From contig CAVVCM010000005.1 in the NCBI GenBank assembly GCA_963746755.1, forward strand, positions 28,407 through 92,406: a DNA stretch of 64,000 nucleotides, read 5' to 3'. Numbering within the stretch: position 1 is the stretch's first letter; each line of letters starts with the position of its first letter. This stretch comes from an uncultured Actinomycetota bacterium. Lineage in GTDB: Bacteria > Actinomycetota > Actinomycetes > Mycobacteriales > Mycobacteriaceae. The translations under genes were made by a program, and so were the position numbers. This document shows positions 19,145 to 29,093 of the stretch, piece by piece. Under the pieces are notes generated by a model. The model was given only the letters and a program-made list of their open reading frames with translations, was not told where the DNA came from and ran no database searches.

Positions 19145-21133
19145 TCAGGGCGTCAGCTTGACCACCCGGTCGTTGCCGCGGTCGGCGACATAGACGTTTC
19201 GGCTTTTGTCCACCGCCACCGCCAAGGGGGTGTTGAGTCCGGTAAACGGCAGCACGGTCGGGGTGCTGGACCCGGACGCCAACTTCACCACCTGGTTGTT
19301 GTCGTGTTCGGTGACGTAGATGTTGCCGGCGCTGTCCACCGCGATACCCCAGGGCACGGTGACGCCGGTGAACGGCAGCGCGGTCGGGGTGTTCGACCCG
19401 GCATCCAACTTCAGCACCCTGTTGTTGTCGGTGTCGGTGACATAGACATTGCCGGCGGTGTCCACCGCCACACCATCGGGATTCTTGAGGCCGGTGAACG
19501 GCAGCACGGTCTGGGTGTTCGACCCGGCGTCCAGCTTTACCACCCTGTCGTTGCCCCGGTCGGCGACATAGACGCTGCCCTGGGCGTCCACCGCTACACC
19601 TTCGGGGTAGTTGAGGCCGGTGAACGGCAGCACGGTCGGGGTGTTCGACCCGGCCGCCAACTTCACCACCCTGTTGTTGAAGTCGGCGACGTACACGGTG
19701 CCGTTGGCATCGACCGCTAGCCCTTGCGGCTGGTAAAGGCCGGTGAACGGCAGCACCGTCGTGGTGCTCGACCCACCAGCCAACTTCACCACCCGCCCGT
19801 ACATGCCCTCACTGGTGACGTACGCGTCGCCGGCACTGTCCAGCGCCACCCCGCCCGGGGAGAGGCGGAAGTCGATGCCGGTGAACGGCAGCACGGTTTG
19901 TCCAGACGCCGGTGTCGATGGGTGCGACGGCCGGGTTACCAGGTATCCGGTGACCCCGATGGCGGCGATGACGAGGAGCACTGCCGCGCCGACGAGGATC
20001 CACAGCTTGCGTTTGTGGCGGGGCTCTGCTTGTGCGCGGGGTGATTGGCTAAAGTCCGGTGGGCCCGCAGGGCTGAAGGAGGGCGGGGTGCTAGTTGGGC
20101 TGCGCCAGCTGGCGCCGCCGGCGGCGGGAGGCGGCGTCCACGCCGGCTGGGTGGCGGGTGGGTTTGACGTTCGTGACCATGCCCTAGCCTGGGTCAAGGC
20201 CTCGACGCCGGCCAGCCCGGTCTCGGCGACGCCGGCCGGCAATGTTGCTGTCTCACCTTGCCGCAGAATCGTGGCGGCCTGGTGCCGCTCGGATGTGGTC
20301 AGCGCGTCGTGGGCGGCGGCGGCCAGGTCACCGGCGGTGGCATAGCGCTCCTCGGGGTTTTTGGCCATGCCTCTGGCGATCACCTGATCTAAAGCCGGCG
20401 GAACCCTCCCGGGTCGCAGCTGGCTCGGCCGCGGGGCAGGCTCCATCAGATGCGCGGCGACCAAGCGTTCGATGCTGTCGGCCCCATATGGAGGCGACCC
20501 GGTCAAACACTCGCTCAACACACCCGCCAGCGAATAAATATCGGCGCGGTAGGTGACGTCATTGCCGGCGAACCGCTCCGGAGCCATGTAGTTGTAGCTT
20601 CCCATCGCGGTCCCGGTCTGGGTCAGCCCTGGGTCGGCGGCGGCGCGGGCTATACCGAAGTCCACCAGATAGGCGAAGTCGCTGCGGGTGATCAGGATGT
20701 TTTCCGGTTTGACATCGCGGTGCGTCACGCCCGCGGCGTGCGCGTCGTCCAGCGCGGCGGCGATCTGGTGCACGATGGCCACCACCCGTGCCGGCGCCAG
20801 CGGACCATCGCGCGTCAGCATGGTGCGCAGAGAGGTGCCTTCGATCAGGCGCATGTCCAAATACAGCTGCCCGTCGATCTCGCCGTAGTCATGGATCGGC
20901 ACCACATGTGGCTCGGTCAGCCGCCCCGCGGCCTCGGCCTCGCGTTGCATCCGCGCGCGAAACAACGGGTTCGCGGAGTACTGCTCCGAGATCAGCTTCA
21001 ATGCCACCACCCGGTGCTTGCGGGTGTCCTCGGCCTCATAAACCTCGCCCATCCCGCCGCGGCCCAGCAGCCGCCTCAGCTGATAGGGCCCAAACCGCGA
21101 CCCCACCCGCGAACCCGGCTTACTGTCGCTCAC
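19145..21133 (-). CDS. pknD: Transmembrane Ser/Thr protein kinase with six extracellular NHL repeats
   Basis: Kinase motifs GRGGMGEVY, HRDVKPENI and DFGIA, one TM helix, then six 42-aa repeats each containing VLPFTGL and VVKL. Lies downstream of pstS2 as in M. tuberculosis. Confidence 0.92.
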   Translation of the reverse strand: MSDSKPGSRVGSRFGPYQLRRLLGRGGMGEVYEAEDTRKHRVVALKLISEQYSANPLFRARMQREAEAAGRLTEPHVVPIHDYGEIDGQLYLDMRLIEGTSLRTMLTRDGPLAPARVVAIVHQIAAALDDAHAAGVTHRDVKPENILITRSDFAYLVDFGIARAAADPGLTQTGTAMGSYNYMAPERFAGNDVTYRADIYSLAGVLSECLTGSPPYGADSIERLVAAHLMEPAPRPSQLRPGRVPPALDQVIARGMAKNPEERYATAGDLAAAAHDALTTSERHQAATILRQGETATLPAGVAETGLAGVEALTQARAWSRTSNPPATQPAWTPPPAAGGASWRSPTSTPPSFSPAGPPDFSQSPRAQAEPRHKRKLWILVGAAVLLVIAAIGVTGYLVTRPSHPSTPASGQTVLPFTGIDFRLSPGGVALDSAGDAYVTSEGMYGRVVKLAGGSSTTTVLPFTGLYQPQGLAVDANGTVYVADFNNRVVKLAAGSNTPTVLPFTGLNYPEGVAVDAQGSVYVADRGNDRVVKLDAGSNTQTVLPFTGLKNPDGVAVDTAGNVYVTDTDNNRVLKLDAGSNTPTALPFTGVTVPWGIAVDSAGNIYVTEHDNNQVVKLASGSSTPTVLPFTGLNTPLAVAVDKSRNVYVADRGNDRVVKLTP

Positions 21134-21154
21134 CGTCGAGCTCCCTTCACCTGA

Positions 21155-22267
21155 TCAAGAGATAGCATTTACCGCTGTCGTCAGTTTTGATTGGAACGCG
21201 CTCGGCAGCGGAATGGATCCGTACTGCTCCAAACCATCTTGGCCCGGACCGATTGTGGCCTGCATAAACGCCCTTACCGCCGTGCCAGTCGCGGAATCGG
21301 GATACTTCGAGCAGACGATCTCATAGGTCGCCTCCACGATCGGGTAAGCACCGGGCTGTGTCGGCTTGTAGAACGACGACGTGTCCAACACCAGGTCATT
21401 ACCTTGCCCCGTGATCCTGGCCCCGGCAATCGTCTTGCCGACCGAGTCGGTAGTGATCGACACCGGGTCTGGACCCGCTGACGTGATGATCTGGGCCATG
21501 GTCAACTGTTTGCCCACCGCGAACGACCACTGGTTGTATGTGATCGACCCGTCGGTGTTCTGCAGGGCCGCCGACGTGCCATCATCCCCGGCGGCGCCGT
21601 CCCCGACACCCCCGAGGAAGTTCTCGCTGGCGCCTTTACCCCACGCACCGTCGGATGCGGCCTCGAGGTATTGCTGGAAGTTGAACGAGTTACCGGATTT
21701 GTCGCTGCGGAAGATGACGTGAATGGGCACCGACGACAGGTCGGTGCCTGCATTGAGCGCCTTGAGCGCCGGGTCATCCCAGCTGGTGATGCTGCCGTTG
21801 AAAATCTTCGCGGTCGTGGGCCCGTCCAGCTTCAGCGAACTCACCCCGCTGATGTGGTAGGTGACCGCGATCGGTTGAAATACCGCCGGCAGGTCCCACG
21901 CCGGCGAATCGCATCGCTCCGCCGCCCTATCGGGCTCACCCTTCGATGGGTCCAACGGCACGCCGGAACCCGCCAGATCGGTCTCGTTATTGAGGAACTG
22001 CTTCACCCCGGCGCCGGAGCCGATTGCCGCGTAGTCCAGCGTGTACCCCGGGCACGCATGGACATAGGCGTAGACAAACTGTGCTATCGCGTTCTCTTGC
22101 GCGGTCGCGCCGCTGGCCTTGAGTACCCTCTTGCCGCCGCAGTGCACCGGGGCCGACGTAGCGCTTGAGCCAGACGACGAGGTGTTTGTGTTGCTACCGC
22201 ATGCCGCTAACACAAGTGTGGTGGCAGCCAGCAGGCTCAGCGCGGCACCAGATCGGTTGACCTTCAC
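21155..22267 (-). CDS. pstS2: Phosphate-binding lipoprotein PstS2
   Basis: GTG 22267 ([25 protein letters not shown], lipobox LAAC) with GAGAGGGG RBS. Near full-length match by eye to M. tuberculosis PstS2. The 516-aa track ORF is an upstream artefact. Confidence 0.9.
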   Translation of the reverse strand: MKVNRSGAALSLLAATTLVLAACGSNTNTSSSGSSATSAPVHCGGKRVLKASGATAQENAIAQFVYAYVHACPGYTLDYAAIGSGAGVKQFLNNETDLAGSGVPLDPSKGEPDRAAERCDSPAWDLPAVFQPIAVTYHISGVSSLKLDGPTTAKIFNGSITSWDDPALKALNAGTDLSSVPIHVIFRSDKSGNSFNFQQYLEAASDGAWGKGASENFLGGVGDGAAGDDGTSAALQNTDGSITYNQWSFAVGKQLTMAQIITSAGPDPVSITTDSVGKTIAGARITGQGNDLVLDTSSFYKPTQPGAYPIVEATYEIVCSKYPDSATGTAVRAFMQATIGPGQDGLEQYGSIPLPSAFQSKLTTAVNAIS

Positions 22268-22380
22268 AGAACCCCTCTCTGAACAGGGCGACGAACACAC
22301 CCCACTCTGCCACCGGGTGAAGCCGAAACGCGGAACCATGTTCCGTGGCACCTGATGAGTCGCTGTTCGGCAACAAATTT

Positions 22381-22397
22381 GTGAACCCAGCGTGAAT
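22381..22397. promoter_or_regulatory. Direct hexamer repeat GTGAAC-N5-GTGAAT (candidate OmpR/PhoB-family box, possibly RegX3)
   Basis: 11-bp periodicity direct repeat in the AT-richer divergent pstS2/pstB spacer. Assignment to a regulator is inference. Confidence 0.35.
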
Positions 22398-22481
22398 ATA
22401 CAAACCCTGGGAAGACCCTTGGAAGATGGCCGGAGGGTTATTGCGATTGACCCCGAGTGTGGCGTCACGACATAGCATCGG

Positions 22482-23378
22482 ATGTTGATGGACCGTGAAC
22501 AGCCCGACGCCGAGACCGATGCCGTTGATGCTGATGGCGCTGCTCCGGCGATGGGGGCGGTGAACCTCACCCTGGGTTTCGGCACCAAAACCGTGCTCGA
22601 CCGGGTGAGCCTGGACTTTCCCGCGCGTGCAGTCATGTGCTTACTGGGACCGACCGGTTCAGGTAAGACGACCTTCCTGCGCACCCTGAATCGGATGAAC
22701 GACAAAGTCTCCGGATACCGCTACAGCGGTGATGTTCTGTTGGGCGGGCGCAGCATCTTCAAGGACCGCGACCTGATGGAATTTCGCCGCAGAGTCGGCA
22801 TGCTGTTCCAGCGTCCCAATCCGTTTCCCATGTCGATCATGGACAATGTCGTTGCCGGCGTGCGCGCTCACAAGATAGTGCCGCGCAAGGAATTCAAGAG
22901 CGTTGCGCAGGGTCGACTCACCGAGGTTGGGCTCTGGGATGCGGTCAAGGATCGGCTCGGTGATTCCCCGTTCCGGCTCTCGGGTGGTCAGCAGCAATTG
23001 TTGTGCCTGGCCCGTGCGCTCGCGGTGAACCCGGAGGTGCTGCTGCTCGACGAGCCCACGTCCTCACTGGACCCGGCCACGACCGAGAAGATCGAAGAGC
23101 TCATTCGATCGCTCACCAACCGGCTGACCGTGGTCATGGTGACCCATGATCTCGCCCAGGCCACCCGGGTCGGTGACCGGACGGCCCTATTTTTTGACGG
23201 CAGGCTGGTCGAGGAAGGACCTACCGAACAGTTGTTCCTATCACCGCAGCATGCGGAAACCGCGCGTTACGTCTCCGGACTGTTCGGCGACCGCAGGCTC
23301 CTCGGTCTCGTCGTCGGGGCCACGGAGGCAGTCGCGGCCACAGAGTTAAATCGCGGAAAAGAAAGGCGAGGAGCGTGA
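22482..23378 (+). CDS. pstB: Phosphate ABC transporter ATP-binding protein
   Basis: Walker [10 protein letters not shown], signature LSGGQQQ, Walker B LLLDEPTS. The stop overlaps the pstS1 GTG. About 20 aa longer at the C-terminus than the M. tuberculosis protein as I recall it. Confidence 0.92.
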   Translation: MLMDREQPDAETDAVDADGAAPAMGAVNLTLGFGTKTVLDRVSLDFPARAVMCLLGPTGSGKTTFLRTLNRMNDKVSGYRYSGDVLLGGRSIFKDRDLMEFRRRVGMLFQRPNPFPMSIMDNVVAGVRAHKIVPRKEFKSVAQGRLTEVGLWDAVKDRLGDSPFRLSGGQQQLLCLARALAVNPEVLLLDEPTSSLDPATTEKIEELIRSLTNRLTVVMVTHDLAQATRVGDRTALFFDGRLVEEGPTEQLFLSPQHAETARYVSGLFGDRRLLGLVVGATEAVAATELNRGKERRGA

Positions 23379-24490
23379 AAATTCGGTTGCGCACGGCGTT
23401 GGTTGCTGTACCGGTGGTCCTGGTCGCAGCAGCGTGCAGTTCGAACTCGACAGGCGGATCGTCGACCCCCGGGGCCCCCGCCGGAACCGTCGCCACCACG
23501 CCCGCGACGTCACCGGTGACGTTGTCGGAGACCGGTGCCACGGAGCTGTACCCGCTGATCAATCTGTGGGCTCCGGCCTATCACTCGAAATACCCGAACG
23601 TCACGATCACTACGCAGGACACCGGTTCGGGTGCCGGGATCTCCCAGGCAATTGCCGGGACGGTCACCATCGGCGCCTCCGGCGCCTACCTGTCCGAGGG
23701 CGACATGGCCAAGCACAAAGGGCTGATGAACGTCGCGTTGGCCGTTGACGCCATGCAGGTCAACTACAACCTGCCCGGTGTCACAGAGCACCTCAAGCTG
23801 AACGGCAAGGTGCTGGCCGCCATGTACCAGGGCACGATCAAAACCTGGAACGACCCGCAGATCACCGCGCTGAACCCCGGGGTGAACCTGCCCGGCACCA
23901 CGGTGGTTCCGCTACACCGGTCCGACGGGTCCGGTGCAACCTTCCTGTTCACCCAGTATCTGTCGAAGCAGGACCCCGACGGCTGGGGCAAGTCCCCCGG
24001 CTTCGGCACCACCGTCGACTTCCCTGCGGTGCCGGGCGCGCTGGGCGAGCACGGCAACGGCGGCATGGTGACCGGCTGCGCCGAGACCCCCGGCTGTGTG
24101 GCCTACATCGGCATCAGCTACCTCGACCAGACCCGGGAGAAGGGACTGGGCGAGGCCCAGCTGGGCAATGCCTCGGGTAACTACCTGCTGCCCGACGCCC
24201 AAAGCATTGCGGCCGGGGCCGCCGGCTTCGTCTCGAAGACCCCGTCGAACCAGGCGATTTCGATGATCAACGGGCCCGCTGCTGACGGATACCCGATTGT
24301 CAACTACTTGTACGCCATCGTCCAGGCCAACCAGACGGATGCCGCCACCGCGCAGACGCTGCAGGCGTTCCTGCACTGGGCGATCACCGACGGTAGCGGT
24401 CCCTCGTTCCTGGACAAGTTTCACCTTCAGCCGCTGCCGGCCGCGGTGGTGAAGTTGTCCGACGCGCAGATCGCCAAGATCGCCGGCTAG
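23375..24490 (+). CDS. pstS1: Phosphate-binding lipoprotein PstS1 (38-kDa antigen homologue)
   Basis: Signal peptide plus lipobox (VLVAAACSS). Long collinear match by eye to M. tuberculosis PstS1 (TGSGAGI, HRSDGSG). Confidence 0.92.
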   Translation: MKIRLRTALVAVPVVLVAAACSSNSTGGSSTPGAPAGTVATTPATSPVTLSETGATELYPLINLWAPAYHSKYPNVTITTQDTGSGAGISQAIAGTVTIGASGAYLSEGDMAKHKGLMNVALAVDAMQVNYNLPGVTEHLKLNGKVLAAMYQGTIKTWNDPQITALNPGVNLPGTTVVPLHRSDGSGATFLFTQYLSKQDPDGWGKSPGFGTTVDFPAVPGALGEHGNGGMVTGCAETPGCVAYIGISYLDQTREKGLGEAQLGNASGNYLLPDAQSIAAGAAGFVSKTPSNQAISMINGPAADGYPIVNYLYAIVQANQTDAATAQTLQAFLHWAITDGSGPSFLDKFHLQPLPAAVVKLSDAQIAKIAG

Positions 24491-24498
24491 TTACCCCG

Positions 24499-25587
24499 GT
24501 GACCCTTACTATGCCTTCCGGGCTGTCCGGGCAACAGCCCGCGCCGGGCGGGTCGACCGTCTTCCGGCGCGCGCTGGACAGAATCCGTGACGTGAGCCGC
24601 AAGGGCTTCGTCGTCCGTTGGGCCGGTGGGGTCAGTGCGGTGATCCCGCTGCTCGCGCTCGTGTTCGTGCTGGCGACGCTGATTGTCGAGGCGCTGCCTG
24701 CGATCCGGCTCAACGGGCTGCACTTCTTCACCGCCACGGAATGGAACCCGGGCGACACCTACGGCCAGACCGAAGTCAGCGACGGTGTCCCACATCCGGT
24801 CGGCGCCTACTACGGGGCATTGCCGCTGATCGTCGGGACTCTGGCGAGCTCTGCGATCGCCCTGGTCATCGCGGTGCCGGTGTCCATCGGAGCGGCGTTG
24901 GCGATCGTGGACCGGTTGCCGAAACGTCTCGCCTCGGCCGTCGGATTGGTACTCGAATTGCTCGCCGGCATCCCCAGTGTCGTCGTCGGACTGTGGGGGG
25001 CGATGACGTTCGGACCGTTCATCGCCCACCACATCGCTCCCGTGATCGCCCGCAACGCTCCCGATGTGCCGGTGCTCGACTACTTCCGCGGCGACCCCGG
25101 CAACGGAGAAGGCATGTTGGTGTCCGGTCTGGTGCTGGCGGTGATGATCATTCCCATCATCGCCAGCACCACCCGTGACCTGATCCAGCAGGTGCCGTCA
25201 CTGCCCCGCGAGGGCGCGACCGCGCTGGGGATGTCCGATTGGGAATGCGTCCGAAGGGTCACCCTGCCGTGGGTGTCCAACGGCATCATCGGCGCCGTGG
25301 TCCTGGGACTCGGACGTGCGCTGGGCGAGACGATGGCCGTCGCCATGGTGTCCGGTGCAGAGTTGGGTGCGATGCCCACCAACATCTACTCGACCATGAC
25401 CACCATCGCCGCCACCGTTGTGTCGCAGCTGGATTCGGCGCTGACCGACTCCACAAACTTTGCCGTGAAGACCCTCGCCGAGGTGAGTCTGGTGCTGATG
25501 GTGATCACGTTGCTGACGAATATGGCCGCTCGTGCGCTGGTGCGCCGGGCGTCGGGTACCGCGCTACCGGTGGGCCGAGGTATTTGA
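24499..25587 (+). CDS. pstC1: Phosphate ABC transporter permease PstC
   Basis: Polytopic membrane protein, with EAA-like loop [13 protein letters not shown]. Start is GTG 24499 or ATG 24511. Confidence 0.88.
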   Translation: MTLTMPSGLSGQQPAPGGSTVFRRALDRIRDVSRKGFVVRWAGGVSAVIPLLALVFVLATLIVEALPAIRLNGLHFFTATEWNPGDTYGQTEVSDGVPHPVGAYYGALPLIVGTLASSAIALVIAVPVSIGAALAIVDRLPKRLASAVGLVLELLAGIPSVVVGLWGAMTFGPFIAHHIAPVIARNAPDVPVLDYFRGDPGNGEGMLVSGLVLAVMIIPIIASTTRDLIQQVPSLPREGATALGMSDWECVRRVTLPWVSNGIIGAVVLGLGRALGETMAVAMVSGAELGAMPTNIYSTMTTIAATVVSQLDSALTDSTNFAVKTLAEVSLVLMVITLLTNMAARALVRRASGTALPVGRGI

Positions 25588-25588
25588 A

Positions 25589-26506
25589 GTGAGCGAGTCC
25601 ACTGCGACGACATCACCGGGGCCTGGGCGGATACCGACGCCGGCCGCCCGATCGTGGTCGGTCACCACTCGGCGCAAGATCGTCAACGCGCTGTTCTGGG
25701 CCGCATGTTTCTGCTGTCTGGCAGTGGTGATCACCCCGACGTTGTGGATGCTGATCAAAGTCGTCAGCCGCGCTTGGCCGGTGTTCCACCTCAGCGTGCT
25801 GGTGCAGGACACGCGGGGAAACGGTGGTGGCCTCCGCAATGCCATCGTCGGTACCGCCGTCTTGGGTATCGGGGTCCTGCTGGTGGGTGGCACCGTGAGC
25901 GTGTTGACCGGGATCTATCTCTCCGAATTCGCCACCGGCAGAACGCGGTCGATTCTGCGCGGCGCCTATGAGGTCGTTTCCGGCATCCCGTCCATCGTGC
26001 TCGGCTATGTCGGCTATCTGGCACTCGTGGTGTATTTCGGCTGGGGGTTTTCCCTGGCGGCCGGGGTGTTGGTGCTGTCGGTGATGAGCATTCCGTACAT
26101 TGCCAAGGCCACCGAGTCCGCGCTTCATCAGGTGCCGACGTCGTACCGGGAAGGGGCAGAGGCTCTCGGGCTGCCATTCGGCTGGACCCTGCGCATGATC
26201 GTGCTGAAGTCGGCAATGCCCGGAATCGTCACCGGTCTGCTGCTCGCACTCGCGCTGGCGATGGGTGAGACGGCGCCGTTGCTGTACACGGCGGGCTGGT
26301 CGAATTCGCTTCCGACCGGACAACTCAGCCACTCGCCGGTTGGTTACCTGACCTACCCGATCTGGACGTTCTATGACCTGCCGTCGAAATCGTCCCAGGA
26401 CCTGTCCTACGACGCGGCCTTGTTGCTGATCGTGTTCCTGCTACTGCTGATCATCCTGGGGCGGCTGATCACCTGGCTGTCACGGCGGCATTCGGAATCG
26501 ACGTGA
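25589..26506 (+). CDS. pstA2: Phosphate ABC transporter permease PstA
   Basis: GTG 25589 lies 1 nt after the pstC stop. Polytopic, with EAA-like loop [15 protein letters not shown]. Confidence 0.88.
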   Translation: MSESTATTSPGPGRIPTPAARSWSVTTRRKIVNALFWAACFCCLAVVITPTLWMLIKVVSRAWPVFHLSVLVQDTRGNGGGLRNAIVGTAVLGIGVLLVGGTVSVLTGIYLSEFATGRTRSILRGAYEVVSGIPSIVLGYVGYLALVVYFGWGFSLAAGVLVLSVMSIPYIAKATESALHQVPTSYREGAEALGLPFGWTLRMIVLKSAMPGIVTGLLLALALAMGETAPLLYTAGWSNSLPTGQLSHSPVGYLTYPIWTFYDLPSKSSQDLSYDAALLLIVFLLLLIILGRLITWLSRRHSEST

Positions 26507-26572
26507 GCCACGCGCCGGGCACCTTCAGACTTGCGGGAGCCGCACGACCTGAATGAAGAACTCGTCGATCTG

Positions 26573-26608
26573 GCGGACGGCGTTGATGAAGCGGACGGCG
26601 TTGATGAA
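26573..26608. repeat. 18-bp perfect tandem duplication inside the response-regulator remnant
   Basis: GCGGACGGCGTTGATGAA occurs at 26573-26590 and 26591-26608. It encodes FINAVR-FINAVR on the minus strand. Confidence 0.95.
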
Positions 26609-26838
26609 TTGGTCGAGATCGACCGGCTTGGTGACATAGGCGTTGGCATGCAGTTGGTAGCTGCGCAGGATGTCCTCCTCGGCCGAGGAGGTCGTGAGCA
26701 CGGCGGCCATCGTATTTCGTTTCGGCAGATTCAAATCAAGCAGCATGAGGTCGAGCCGTGGCGAGTCGGCGTACTCACCGCGCCGGTAGAGGAAGTCCAG
26801 GCCTTCCTCTCCGTCGTGCGCGACATGCAGCCGGTTGT

Positions 26839-26859
26839 CTAGCGACCCTTTGTCGCTAG
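26839..26859. repeat. Perfect 8-bp inverted repeat with 5-nt loop, CTAG-flanked 17-bp insertion
   Basis: CTAGCGAC-CCTTT-GTCGCTAG. It introduces the in-frame TAG and a frameshift in the receiver gene. Confidence 0.9.
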
Positions 26860-26948
26860 CTTGTTGTCCTCGAACGCTTCTCGGGTGATGAGTTCGTCGC
26901 CCGGGTCGTCTTCGACGAGCAGGATTTCGATTGCCCTACCGGCCGATG

Positions 26949-27764
26949 TCATGCTTGCGCTCCTTCCAAAGCGGTTGAGTCTGCCGTGTCCACGGGGACG
27001 GGCAGCGTGAAGTTGAACCGGGTTCCATCGGTGTAGGACGGGTCGATCCAGACGGTGCCGCCATGGTGCTCGACGATCTTCTTCACCAGCGCAAGGCCGA
27101 CACCGGTTCCGGCGTACACCTCCCGGCCGTGCAGCCGTTGAAAGATGACGAAGACCTTGTCGGAGAACTCATCTGGAATGCCGATGCCGTTGTCAGACAC
27201 GCTCAACAACCATTCGCCGTCGTGATTGCCGGTGCCCTGTTCGCACTCGATGACGACGCGGGGTGGGCGATCTTTATGCCGGAACTTCACCGCATTGCCG
27301 AAGAGGTTTTGCCACAGCATCGTCAGCAGCATCGCATCTCCGACGATCTGCGGGAGAGGCTGCTGCGGGCGCACGATTTCGGCGTCCGATTCTTCGATGG
27401 CGGCGGCCAGGTTGGCCAGCGCGGTGTCCAGCGTCGTGTCGAGGTCCACCTCGGTTTCCGAGGTGTTCAGCCGGCCGACTCGGGAGAAGGTTAGCAGGTC
27501 GTTGATCAGCGACTGCATGCGTTTGGCTCCGTCGACCGCAAACCCGATGTATTCGACACCGCGCTCGTGTGCCATCGACTGAACCCACACCACCCGGATA
27601 TCGGAGACCGCGTCGGCTATCAGGTCTTCCACGAGTACCGCCTCGGCGCGGTCGTCCTCAACCAACAGCAACGACCCAACAGCAACGACAATGACTGCCA
27701 ACTCGCCGTCGGGGTGACTGGAGCGCGCACCGGCATCAATTGCCGGCCATCCGAGGATGCGCAT
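26949..27764 (-). pseudogene. Chimeric remnant: receiver-domain N-terminus fused to the C-terminal part of a sensor histidine kinase
   Basis: Residues about 30-65 (LLLVEDDRAEAVLVEDLIADAVSDIRVVWVQSMA) look like receiver beta1-alpha1-beta2. They run directly into the second HisKA helix (YIGFAVDGAKRMQSLINDLLTFSRVGR) and an intact HATPase_c domain (N box QNLFGNAVKF, G1 DNGIGI, F box, G2 GTGVGLA). No SH(D/E)LxxPL H-box and no sensor domain. Confidence 0.55.
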
Positions 27765-27910
27765 GGGAAGTCAAGGCCATACGGAGAGTCGGCGTTGGCG
27801 CACCGGCTGAGCAAAGGGTCTTACCGGGGCCAGGGGGTCTTCAATGAATGGTTGCCGTGGCAGATCCTATTCGGTGCGGCTGAGCTTTCCCACCAGGCCG
27901 CGCGGAACAA

Positions 27911-29080
27911 TCAGCGCAACAGCGCCCGCGACATCACCACGCGCTGGATCTGATTGGTGCCCTCGTAGATCTGGGTGATCTTGGCATCGCGCATCATCCG
28001 CTCCACCGGGAAGTCCCGCGTATAGCCGTATCCGCCGAAGAGCTGCACCGCGTCGGTCGTGACCTCCATCGCGACGTCGGAGGCAAAGCACTTCGAGGCC
28101 GCGGAAATGAAGCCCAGGTTTGGTTCGCCGCGCTCCGCGCGAGCGGCCGCCTGGTACACCATCAGCCGCGCAGCTTCGACCTTCATCGCCATATCGGCGA
28201 GCATGAACTGCACACCCTGGTTGTCGCTGACCGGGCGGCCGAACTGCTTTCGCTCCTTGGTGTACGCGATGGCGGCGTCGAGTGCACCCTGGGCGATGCC
28301 GACCGCCTGGGCGCCGATCGTGGGCCGGGTGTGGTCCAACGTCGCCAGTGCGGTCTTGAAGCCGCTACCCGGCTCACCGATGATCCGGTCGCCCGGGATG
28401 CGGCAGTTCTCGAAATACAGCTCGGTGGTCGGGGAACCCTTGATCCCCAGCTTCTTCTCCTTGGGACCGACGGTGAACCCCTCGTCGTCGCGGTGCACCA
28501 TGAACGACGAGATGCCGCCCGAGCCCTGGTCCGGATCGCTGACCGCCATCACCGTGTACCAGGTCGACTTGCCGCCGTTGGTGATCCAGCACTTGGCGCC
28601 GTTAAGAATCCAGTCATCGCCGTCGGCCTTGGCCCGGGTCCGCATCGCCGCCGCGTCACTGCCGGCTTCGCGCTCACTCAGCGCATAGGAGGCCAACGCG
28701 GTGCCGTCGGCGATCGACGGCAAGACCTGCTTCTTCAGTTCCTCGGAGCCCCGCAGGATCAGCCCCATGGTGCCCAGCTTGTTCACCGCGGGAATCAACG
28801 AAGCGGAAGCGTCGACGCGGGCGACCTCCTCGATGACGATGCACGCCGCCACCGAGTCCGCGCCCTGGCCGCCGTACTCCTCCGGCACATGGACGGCGTT
28901 GAAGCCGGAGGCATTCAACGCCTCCAGCGCTTCCTGCGGGAACCGCGAATTCTCATCCACATCCGCGGCATGCGGAGCGATCTCCTTTTCCGCCAACGCG
29001 CGGATCGCGGCCCGCAATTCGTCGTGTTCCTCGGGCAGTTTGAACAAATCGAACGTCGGATTTCCGGCCCAACCAGCCAT
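27911..29080 (-). CDS. fadE25: Acyl-CoA dehydrogenase FadE25
   Basis: ATG 29080 (MAGWAGNPTFDLFKLPEEHDELR) with AAGGAGG RBS. Near-identical by eye to M. tuberculosis FadE25 through to QIQRVVMSRALLR. Confidence 0.93.
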   Translation of the reverse strand: MAGWAGNPTFDLFKLPEEHDELRAAIRALAEKEIAPHAADVDENSRFPQEALEALNASGFNAVHVPEEYGGQGADSVAACIVIEEVARVDASASLIPAVNKLGTMGLILRGSEELKKQVLPSIADGTALASYALSEREAGSDAAAMRTRAKADGDDWILNGAKCWITNGGKSTWYTVMAVSDPDQGSGGISSFMVHRDDEGFTVGPKEKKLGIKGSPTTELYFENCRIPGDRIIGEPGSGFKTALATLDHTRPTIGAQAVGIAQGALDAAIAYTKERKQFGRPVSDNQGVQFMLADMAMKVEAARLMVYQAAARAERGEPNLGFISAASKCFASDVAMEVTTDAVQLFGGYGYTRDFPVERMMRDAKITQIYEGTNQIQRVVMSRALLR

Positions 29081-29093
29081 CGTGGCCTCCTTG

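Larger units (their letters stand above)
26525..26952 (-). pseudogene. Disrupted CheY-like response regulator (receiver-only, Rcp-like)
   Basis: ATG 26952 (4-nt ATGA overlap with the upstream kinase remnant) gives MTSAGRAIEILLVEDDPGDELITREAFEDNKLATKGR-stop. The rest (NRLHVAHDGEEGLDFLYRRGEYADSPRLDLMLLDLNLPKRN...LTTSSAEEDILRSYQLHANAYVTKPVDL) continues in another frame. Confidence 0.75.

Noticed and set aside
19145-19900. About 126-bp periodic DNA repetition at the 3' end of pknD
   Set aside because: It is explained by the six NHL beta-propeller blades (VLPFTGL...VVKL every 42 aa). The copies are diverged, in frame and coding, so this is not a CRISPR array or VNTR.
22268-22705. N-terminal 146 codons of the 516-aa track ORF for pstS2
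   Set aside because: The extension crosses the divergent promoter region and the beginning of pstB on the other strand. The lipoprotein signal peptide and a good RBS sit at GTG 22267.
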